NCBI GenBank assembly: GCA_050084515.1
Contig: CM114271.1
Location: 25,854,001 to 25,918,000, forward strand
Direction: 5' to 3'
Length of the DNA: 64,000 nucleotides
From: Blasia pusilla
Taxonomy: Eukaryota
The notes beneath the pieces were generated by a model. That model was not told where the DNA came from, searched no databases, and worked only from the letters and a program-made list of their open reading frames with translations. The position numbers were made by a program, and so were the translations under genes. Shown here in pieces: positions 54,401 to 64,000 of this stretch; position 1 is the first letter of the stretch, and the number at the start of each line of letters is the position of its first letter.

Positions 54401-55177
54401 ACGCTATTTCACAATATGCCGATCTTTTAGTTGACTATCCCCATGAGGCACAGTGATGATCCTCATTATCTTGCATTCCTCAACACTATAAGGTAGCGAG
54501 TACCTACTCTTGCAGAAATTCATAGTTGCCTCTTGGATTTTTTTGTCTCTAAAGACAAGTCTATAGACTTTGTTCATTCTGACACTACCATTATATGCAC
54601 TCATGCTGAAGATGTGGATATATTTAATTTAATAGCATTGAGAAGATTGTTTGGAGATGCATCTATAGTATCAATAGATATCATATCAGATGCACCCAAC
54701 ACACCTCAGTTTGCATCTTGGCTAAATGATTCAACTTTCCACCAATTACGATTTGCAGCCATAAACTGTATCGTTATGCTCACATGCAACATCAACTTAA
54801 AGGTTGAGGCATCAAATGGAACCTTAGGTACAATTATTGAATTTATTTATACTGAAGACACAATAACTGGTATTGTCCTGACCATTCTTTCTAGTGGTAA
54901 GTCTATTACTTTAAGTAGATCAAAGTTTGAACCTCTAAGGTATGAGTCAGACCAGACTTATGTTAAGAAATCTTTTCCACTTATTTTAGGCTATGCTATG
55001 ACATGGCATAAAAGCCAAGGATCTACAGTTGTTGGTCGTTGTCTTCTAGTGATAAAATTTGTCTCTGCATTAGGACTCTTGTATGTCATGTTATCTAGAG
55101 TAAAAAATAGAATCCAGTTAAAGATATTTGGCAACTTAAAACCTGAGGACTTTCAAGTGTTTGCAGATTCCTCATAA
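51500..55177 (+). pseudogene. Helitron Rep-helicase (HUH endonuclease + PIF1-like SF1 helicase), degenerate
   Basis: GMPHFFLTFTS (Rep motif I), RYELQ/RGSLHYHMVLW (HUH, frameshifted, ~52665-52710), YLLKYALK (motif III), degenerate Walker A ~53985, VVIHECSM (Walker B), FPLILGYAMTWHKSQGST, LYVMLSRV. Confidence 0.9.
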
Positions 55178-56449
55178 AATCCACATTAATTTGTTTCTGA
55201 TTTTTGGGCATGTAGGAGAGCATGGTATCTCGCAATACTTCAACATAAGGACAATCAAGAAGGTCTTCAAACAACTCCCATCCAGGTCTCAACAATTCAC
55301 AGATTGGGCACCTTCTTCTATCAAATGACAACAACTCAGCTTTGCCTGAGTTCAGCGTTGATAGGCATTCTGCAACAATCCAGCAAGACGCTCAAGTTCC
55401 AAATGAGGTTTGATCCTTACCATATTTACTTATCAATAACAAAATACTCACACTCAATCTTCTCCTACTCCTAACATGATATTTGGAGGTTCCTCTCAAT
55501 TACATGGATTTTGCAAGCATGATCTTAAGCGACATAAATAGCTGCCAGGAAGAACCCAGGCCACGCATCACATCACCAACAGAGAATCAAATGAAATATT
55601 TAGACAACGTGGGAGTCATGCCTACATTTTGGGAGCACGGGGTCACATGTCGAAAAATCTAGAGCCTCATCAGCCAAGGTCAAGCCTGGGATTCCAAGTT
55701 TCATCGCATTCACAAAGATGGTCTTGCTTCAGGTAAATACACACTCACTATCCAATTTGTCTTCATTTTAGCCAAGTGTTTTCATGCACACCAACCAGGT
55801 CTTTTGTAAATTTTGTCATGTTATTTTTTTCAAGAATACAAAAAGAAGCCTTACGCTTTAGAAATGTTGACTTCAAAGAGGCTTCCCTAACAAGAAAGTC
55901 TGTAACCCGGTTGTTCAACCTCATTTCAAGAGGCATTTGCCTAGATCATCTCAGGTTGCTTAGGCATGAAATGCATTTGCCACTAAATGTGCTTCTGGAC
56001 CTATCATCTGTCAAAACGACACAACTCAAAGAACGTATGAAGACAGCCCGTGATGATAGTCAGTTGCCAGATTTCGAGTCGTTGCCCATAGACCTGGAAA
56101 GTGCAGAGCAAGTCCCCTTATTTCCAGATTTTGATGATGTGATCATCATTTCTTTTGCTCCTCCCTAAACCACTGCTACACCAAGTACATCTAGAGTCAA
56201 ACAGAATAACTTATCTATTTCAATTTCTTAGCCTTCTCAAGTTCCGGGCACATCACTTGACTCCTATGATTTTAACCTGCTTGTTACATCACCAAACAAG
56301 CGCAAGTACGCATAGGCTCATCAGGTTCATTCTCCCAACCACATACCACTTGCATTCATGTTCTTTTTCAAGGGCTATTTTTTAAACTTCTAAATTTTCT
56401 GATATTTCTTGTCATAGTCAATGCTGCAACTTGATATCACATGGATTCC

Positions 56450-56870
56450 ACGCTTCGACTCTTCCCTGTTCTACAGAATTCCGTCGTTGCCGCCGCCGCC
56501 ATTCCATGTAGCAATCTCCCTTGTGCCACCACTTGGGCTCGCACCGCCTCCCGCGTAGGATCCGTCACTACAACATCCGCTACCGCCACCTCAGACTCCC
56601 GCGGCATATAGAGATCAGCACGGATAAGGGAATCCTGCATGGAGTAGTGCCTCTCTCTCTACACATGGAAACCACTCTCCCCAGCAATAGAGAACATAAT
56701 ATCCCGTAGTGCATCGTGAGTGGCTATCCTCTCACCCCCAATTGGTCACCGTACCAAATGCACACCAAATAGATTGAGACTCCGACGACACTCACAATGT
56801 GTCAAACCAACCACTCACCCAATTAGGTGGGTATGAACCCCCACATGGGGATAACTCGACGAGCCCCACT
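56450..56870 (-). mobile_element. C-terminal fragment of an RLE-type (CRE-like) non-LTR retrotransposon
   Basis: Minus strand reads HCECRRSLNLFGVHLVR*PIGGERIATHDALRDIMFSIAGESGFHV*RE...RADL...VADVVVTDP: a CCHC knuckle plus the HD and (P/A)D..D restriction-like endonuclease motifs. Confidence 0.7.
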
Positions 56871-57378
56871 CATGAGTCATGAGGTGCCGATGTTGGGAAG
56901 GACTCTCCCATAGTACTGCTCCTCATTCATTCGATCGCAACGAGGGAGGGAGCGAAAACCTTTATGGGTTGCTTCATAAGATATGGAAAGAGATGGATTT
57001 ATGTCAGCGAAAGGAGCGAAAGCGATTGAATGTGCAGATAATGAATGGATTCTTGAACACCGCGACGGAAGTCGAATGAAGGCACGAGTAATTCGGATAG
57101 GATAGCGTGAATTCCTGCAGCGGATCAAGCCAACAGCGCTCAAAATCAATCATTGAGTGAAGTAGCGATTAACACGGACTGAATCGCGTCTCGCGGAAGT
57201 CCGTTGATATCAGATCCAGCCGGCTCCCAGGAAGGAAACATGGCGAGGAGAAGTAGATCCAGCCCCTCGCTCAGCCGCTAAGCCTCTCCCTCTCCCATCT
57301 CCGCATCGAGCACCCGGCCAAATCAGCACGAAACAACGCGATCCTCGCGAAGAGAGAGAGGACGCCGTCGATTGGAAT

Positions 57379-60300
57379 ATGAATGTTCATCTCAGTACGC
57401 CAGGACGAGCGGCAGCTGCGCCGGCTATGGCTGGAGTTGCGTGGAAATCGATGTGCACTTCTGGAATGGCCATGGGGAGTGGAGGGGTGCGGGAAGGGAA
57501 ATCGAAAGGGAGTCGGATTGTGTGCTCTGTGAGCTCGCCGAAGGGCAACATCATCAAGGTAGTGCTTACAGTGCAGGGGGAGGGAGAGAGGGGAGTCGTG
57601 AGCTCGCAGGGTGTGGGGATCATGAACCCGTGCAGCCAAGCGAAGCGATTGATAGGATGTGGGAGGAATGTCTGCGTCTTTTTGTTTCGTGTCTGTGTGC
57701 TCTGCATCTGTCCATGGTACCTCACTTTTTGCAGTCGGCACGATCCATATCTGCCGTTCCCTGCGAGTTTAGAAGGCATGAGCGTTGCGAGAGTTTGGTC
57801 TGTTGCGAACGATGCATGGTTTCTGTGCCGCGAGCGAGTCCTGTGGTTTGACTTCGGGGGTGGGCAATCCGAGGATGTTTTCTCGATTCCGCTCTGTGGA
57901 GACGACTTTATCTCTCCGAACAGTGGAGCCGGGGCTTTCAACAGTCATCAATATCTGGATCTCGCGGATGCAGGTGGTCGTGAACGGAGCGGGCAAGGAC
58001 CTCGGGAAGGCGGCCATTGCAGCCGTGCACAAGGCCCGAGGCATGGAGCTGGCCGGAGCTGTCGACGCTCTGTGTGTAGGGCGTGACGCAGGGGAGGTAG
58101 TAGGCTTTTCTTTGCACCTGCGAGAGAATGGGATCTGACGGTCAAAGGGATTCGTCGCAGCTGAAAATTTCTGTGCATTTTCACAGAAGTCGCGAATTAC
58201 TGGTTCCGTGAAGGAAAGATGAGTAGTATTTTTCGTGATGGAATACCACACACCTTCTCAAAAGACGGGAACGCTTGCAGGTTGCAGGCTTGGATGAAGA
58301 GCTGGAACTGCCCGTTTTGAATGACCTTGTCATGGTTTTGGGCTCCCTTTCTCAGGTGCTCACCGTGGACAAACCCTCCATCAATTTCTCGTCGCAACAA
58401 AATTCGAATTTCGTTTCGAGTCTGGTCGTATTCAAGACCTGTCAGATACAAGTTCGAAGCTGTCACTGGTAGAATTAGCACTGACAGTACTTGTGGGTGT
58501 CGTCGAGTGGATGTCTGGGTGCTCATAGCTGTGAGTTATTTCTTTCCTCTTACATTCAAAAAAATGGACATTATCATCACTACCGAGATTTGTGGTTCCT
58601 GGCCTGCCTCAAACAAGAAACTGCCTTGTGGGTGCTAGAAAACCAGTCCACAACTTATGGTGTTATGGTGGATTTCTCGACCGACCCCGCTTTGGTGTAT
58701 GACAACGTTCGACAGGTAATCTTCCTACCGGTACTGAGCAGTAGGGTCGACAAGTCTTCCTACCCTTAGAAGACTGCAGTCAGTAGATTGCTATTCTCTC
58801 TGATAATGTACCTCTGACTGTTCACATTTAGGGTACATGGTGACATGTTCTGAAAACTCATCAAGGAGTATTTTTGCAGGCAACAGCTTTCGGAATGAAG
58901 AGTGTAGTTTGTGCACCTGATTTGGACCCGGATTTGGTGGATTCGCTGTCCACTTTTTGCGAGAAGTCAAGCATGGTGAGCCATGGTGAGATCTCCATTA
59001 ATTTCCGGCTTGGAGTTTGCACATCTAGCTGCTTCTAGGCAGCTCCGATATCGACGTCCTCAATATGCAGACTTGTTTTCAATGTGTTACAAGATCCTGC
59101 ATCAATGCATGTCTCGTATTTACAGCATGATGACATGATTTCAGTGCCTGTTTCTTCCCTCTTTGTGTCTGTCAATCAGACACACCTAGTGTAGTCAACG
59201 TGAACGAACATATCTACAATTGGCAATGGGATGGGGTCATTTTCCTTACTGGTATCGAGATGGTGCTGGACGTTCCTTGTCTGACATATGCTTCTGGCGA
59301 TTTAAATGTCTTGGCAGGGTTGCATTATTGCTCCCAATCTTTCAGTTGGTAGAGTGCTTCTCCAGCAAGCAGCCATAGCTGCTGCTTTCAATTTTGGTCA
59401 TGTACAGATAATCGAATCACAGCATCAACCTCAAGTACGCACACCCCTCTCCCCCAACACCCTCAATACCACATCTCTTTCAGAAAACTTTCCCTCTTCA
59501 GGCTCAATCATCCATAGTGAGTCTGGATGCTTGCAAGTGTTATTTTGCGGTGCTTACCATCCCCATAACAGTAGGTGATTTTCTTTCACCTACTGTTATG
59601 GGGATGTTTCTTTTCAGAAATATCCAGAAAATTAGAAAAAGGCGAGACCAACAGTTGTCATTGATGTATTTAATATCTCCACACTGAAAGCCCGCTCTTA
59701 TTGTGGCAAACTTATGGAGTGTCAAGTAGTAGTGGAAGTGAGGGGATCATAATCTAACCTCTTGCGAGTGATGAGTCCAGACATGTCCTTCTGCAGAAGC
59801 CAAGCAGCTAGCAAACAATCTCTCAGGACTTGGGCGACTATATAATGACGGTGATCTATCAGAGCAAAATGTGGTCAGTATTTGTGAGGAACTTCCTTGA
59901 GGACAGTTGATCTTACAATATTTTGTGTACGTCATTTTTCACGGAAGAAAGACCATGTGTCTGATCTATCACATTGTTCATGGTGCACACTGAGAAGGCA
60001 AGGGGTGCTGTGATTGGAGATGCTGTGCGGGTACATAGCCTTGCAATGCCAGGACTGATGTCTAGCATGGAAGTCCGTCTTTCAACTGCTGGAGAGGTAC
60101 GCCTTGAAGAGACTACAGTTTGCTAGAAACTTATGTTAGATGCTTAAATTGCTAATCAGAGACGAGCTGTTTGAGAATGGCAGACCAAGCAGAGTGGAGA
60201 GTATACTTCCTCTGCTTTTTGTGGCTAGAACTGTCAGATTTGTCCCTCGCCGATCCGGTTAGCATTCAGTAGATGCGCCATGTCTTCAAGACCCCAAGAA

Positions 60301-60702
60301 GGGTGGGAAGCAAGTTTGTTCAATTGAGTTGCAAAATCTCACGATTTGATCTTACCACCAAAGTTTCAGTATTGTGATCAGACAGATACACTGATTGATA
60401 TGACTGCATCACAACATTAGGAATTTTGTACTCACTGAAAACTGCCTTTGGGTGTGTAGGTATTGTCATACAAGCACGATATCTGTGATGTCCGGGCACT
60501 TATGCCAGGACTTCTTTTGGCAATACGACGAGTTGTTCGCCTGAAGGTAACATTCAAGTCTGCTCCGCATTATGTGTCCATCATTTGGATAGGAATTCAT
60601 TTAAGCACATCCTGTGTATATTTACTCAAAGTTGCCTGGGGTTGTACTAATTCTCATCAATGGCTGTAGAACTTGGTGTATGGCTTGGAGAAAATTTTAT
60701 GA
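57379..60702 (+). CDS. CRR1: CHLORORESPIRATORY REDUCTION 1 / dihydrodipicolinate-reductase-like chloroplast protein (NDH assembly), ~10 exons
   Basis: Transit-peptide-like exon 1, then NIIK|VVVNGAGKDLGKAA..KARGMELAGAVD, ATAFGMKSVV, GCIIAPNLSVG, VRVHSLAMPGL, KHDICDVRALMPGLLLAIRRVVRLK|NLVYGLEKIL*. Matches recalled Arabidopsis CRR1. Confidence 0.9.
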
Positions 60703-61388
60703 TGGTTTGGTTGCAATCAAACCATTCTGGTGGATTTCTGTACGTCAGAATTATCTGATGACAGTCAGAATTATAATAAAGAGTTTGATTTTGAAATTCA
60801 GAAGCAGTCTACTATTATGTATTGAGATTAACTGAAGTAAAGGGTTTGATTTTGAAATTCAGCTCACAAATATCCTCCTAGCTTCTTACAATCACAAACG
60901 ACTTGATACACCAAAGAGGATTTTGCTGCCTTTCCAAGTTGGTGTATCAAGTTTATTCACTTAACACTCACTAAACTTTGAACACAATTGGACAGTCACT
61001 GTTGATAGAAAATGTACGGTTGACAATTGTTTTGGACTCAGTATGATTGGGTGCAATCACCGTGCTTGAGTGCAACTTGCTTTCCCTGATATTGCCTTAC
61101 CTGCTACTTACTCGAACACTAGGAAAATTCGAGGCTAAATAAATTCTTGTCAATCTTGTTTGTACCATACTTTGTCATGCCTTGTACATTCCATGATGGG
61201 CTATTTTCACCTTTCATACTCATTGCTGCACAGCCCATTCTCTGTAGTTTTTCTAATTACATGCAGGAATCTGGCTTAGACACTAATTGGCAAGACATGG
61301 TTAATTGCCTTGGAGGCAACGTGTTTCAGCACTTGCAGGAATCCCTTACATAGATTCATCTCCCACATTCTGGTAAATGCATAGAGTG

Positions 61389-64000
61389 CTATGTCAGTGA
61401 CCAACTTCCCTTCCTGTCACCAAGCATTTTAAGCAGCTTAGAATGATAGCGACGAAGTCTGTTTCGATGAGCCACAGTGATTATAGTCTTTCCCATGTTC
61501 ACCAATCGGTTGTAAATGTCATCCTGCAAGACAAATGTCCAGTTATAAGTGAAGCTTTCCACTTCACAATGCCAAGAAAGGAACCTTTACTTCAATACAA
61601 GTTGAGGGTGAGACAGTTGAGGATCATATGGTTAACGCAGCTAGGAACACACCTCTGCATCCTCGCTGAGAGCACTTGTTGCCTCATCAAGTATGACTAG
61701 CTGAGGTTGATGATAGAACAATCTAGCTAGTGAAAGTAATTGTTGCTCTCCAGGAGATAATGAGGTGGTCCAATCGATCTCCACCTTCAAGTTGTCACAC
61801 ACACAACAAGTAGGCATTAAAATTCTGTGTTCCTGGAAACCTTATCGTGCTCCCACATGAGATAACCTTCCCAGCTTAATGGGTGTCACTGTCCACAGCA
61901 ACCTTTCTTCTTGACCAGCACAGCTTTGTGCAAAACTACCAATAAAAATAATAATAAAATTAAACCCTTCAACTATCTTCCTTACCTCCCAGTCGTTGCC
62001 AACTTCCTCGAGTATATGTAACAGTCCTACAGCCTCCAAAATCCTTCTGAGGTGGAAACTGTTCTGGGATGATGATGCATCAATAATTGGGGGAGGATCA
62101 GGGTAAGAAATTTGGCCAGCTAAGCCTGTGTTTGCCATTAGGGGTCGTTGAGGCAACATAAGCAAACCTTTCCCACCCAACCTTGGGGGGATCCTTATAT
62201 TGCCTGCATATAAGACCAAACAAGCACTTCCATGATGCTAAATTGGTGATAAAACAAATGAGAGCATCCAGGTTGGAAGACGATATTTCAGGACAGTTCA
62301 AAATTGCTATGAAAAAAGAGCAGTCTCCAACGCACAAAAGCCACTGCACAGTTGAGACCAGAAACTACGAAGAGTTTAGCCAAAAAACACACTTAACATC
62401 CTCGAATCAAGTATTAGAAACAGACAACTGGGCATGTTGATCAAAGTAGAACACCCCACACAAAAAGCAAACAACAGAGATCGAGGCAACTCAGTTGATA
62501 TGAAAAATATAATGCTTATAAGCAGGTAACTCAAATCACCTTACCTGAATGCAGTGGCCACAGGTTACACAATACTTTCAGGAAACTGGTTTTTCCACAG
62601 CCTGTTGGCCCCATAATGAGTAGTGAATCGCCCCATCGCAGCTCCATGGTCAACTCCCGAACAACCACAATTTTAGATCCCGGGATGAAGCAGGTCACGT
62701 GGTCGACAACCAGGGCAGGTAGCAATTTACAGAGGTTCAAGCCCTCTAACTCTCGGGTTCCTTTCTGTGAAGTTTGGTTCTGTGTCTCTTCGCCAAACTC
62801 AACTTCAATGTGACAGTTCGTAACCAACTCTTGAGTGGATGCATTGAGGACATGTTGAAGGACTTTCACAGGAGCTGTAGTAAAAAGTGATCCAAAGAGA
62901 GGGTCATTTCCAACCCTGGGATGATGCACCAAAGAGGCTGACCCTACTTTTGTAATGTTGTGACCCAAAACCAATGTCACAGCATTATCTTCGTCATTTA
63001 GGATCTTCTTCCCAAGCCTCTGTAAAGGATCCTCCAGCATAAAGCTGGCCTCCACATCGTATTCACTGCTGGAGTCGTGTCTGTTGCTCTTAAAATCGTC
63101 CATACAAGACAGAACTCCTCTGATGCCTGGGTCCAATGTATCTGCCCAGTGACCAGCACTTCTTAGCCTCTTGATCACGCATACTCCAAGTTCAAGAAGG
63201 ATTTCTTGGCAGCTCTTCCCTTCATCTATAAATGCACTACTTGCGTTGTAACTCTTGGCCAGCATATGGGAGGACCGGACAGTTCCAATCCGACTCATGT
63301 GCAGTACACTTTCATTTATCTTGCTACGTTGAACGAATGGAGAATGACACTGGAAACAAACAATGAGTAGAGAACTTGGAGAAACCTCAGGAAAAGCTGT
63401 ACCCAGCACCTTGTGAACTGATGGTGGGGCAAAGCGGATTGAAAACTCTATCCTTTCACCTCCACCAAAGTTTAAGCAAGTAGTGCTACAAATCAAATAC
63501 TCTGCACGGTTTATCTGTAAATCACTTCCGGAAGGGACTGAAGTACAATCTGCTCCTGATTCACTTCCTGAAGGCTGAGGTGTGTTGAGTCTAACACTTG
63601 CAGGATGCAGATCAGCTTGTTTTGGCTTCAGACCACCTGGGTCCTCTCGTGGAACCAATTTACTTTCAGGCAAGAGCTGGAGAACCTCAAAAAGCTCACT
63701 CACCCTTGCAGTATATCCAGCGACATCAGACACCAATTTGGCGGTATCCATCACTTGAGAAAAACTGCACACAAAATTCCAGCTCAAATTATATGTTAGT
63801 ATAGAAAAGGTGTCTCTCTAACATTGAACCGAGAAAGAGCCCGGGTAATCTAGCCTTCTAGATCATTTTCCCCTGCAACCAACTAACCCATACATTTTGG
63901 AGCTGTCTTGACATCTTCCATCACAAGGTCTGAACTTTTGGTGGCTCTGGGAATTGAAAGCGCAATGGTGCATACCCGTATATAAGTTGAAGAACAGCAA
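61389..64000 (-). CDS. ABCD4: ABC transporter subfamily D, ABCD4/CblJ-like, with an inserted MMADHC/CblD-like domain (5' part outside the window); exons >64000-63976, 63764-62545, 62203-61986, ~61784-61653, ~61523-61389
   Basis: [20 protein letters not shown] (ABCD4: SDVAGYTHRI), Walker [14 protein letters not shown], signature [22 protein letters not shown]-loop VAHR, stop at 61389-61391. Splice phases are consistent. Confidence 0.88.

Overview
Eukaryotic land-plant genomic DNA with GT-AG introns, probably from a non-seed plant (inferred from gene and transposon content). There are five recognisable host genes: an LRR receptor-like kinase (20257-25219 +), DEAD-box helicase RH36/DDX49 (-) head-to-head with NOC3 (+), chloroplast CRR1/DapB-like (+), and the 3' half of an ABCD4/CblJ-like ABC transporter (-, runs off the window end). 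The rest is decayed transposon DNA: a hAT transposase with a single nonsense codon, Helitron relics, solo LTRs, a CRE-like RLE non-LTR fragment and a long Ty3/gypsy element. Two things stand out. (1) The ABCD4-like transporter carries an MMADHC/CblD-like cobalamin-trafficking domain inserted in-frame between its membrane and ATPase domains, an apparent CblJ-CblD fusion in a land plant. (2) The Ty3/gypsy pol contains a DNMT3-like C5 cytosine methyltransferase between protease and RT, plus a PHD finger at the integrase C-terminus. All family assignments come from reading motifs by eye; no searches were run.
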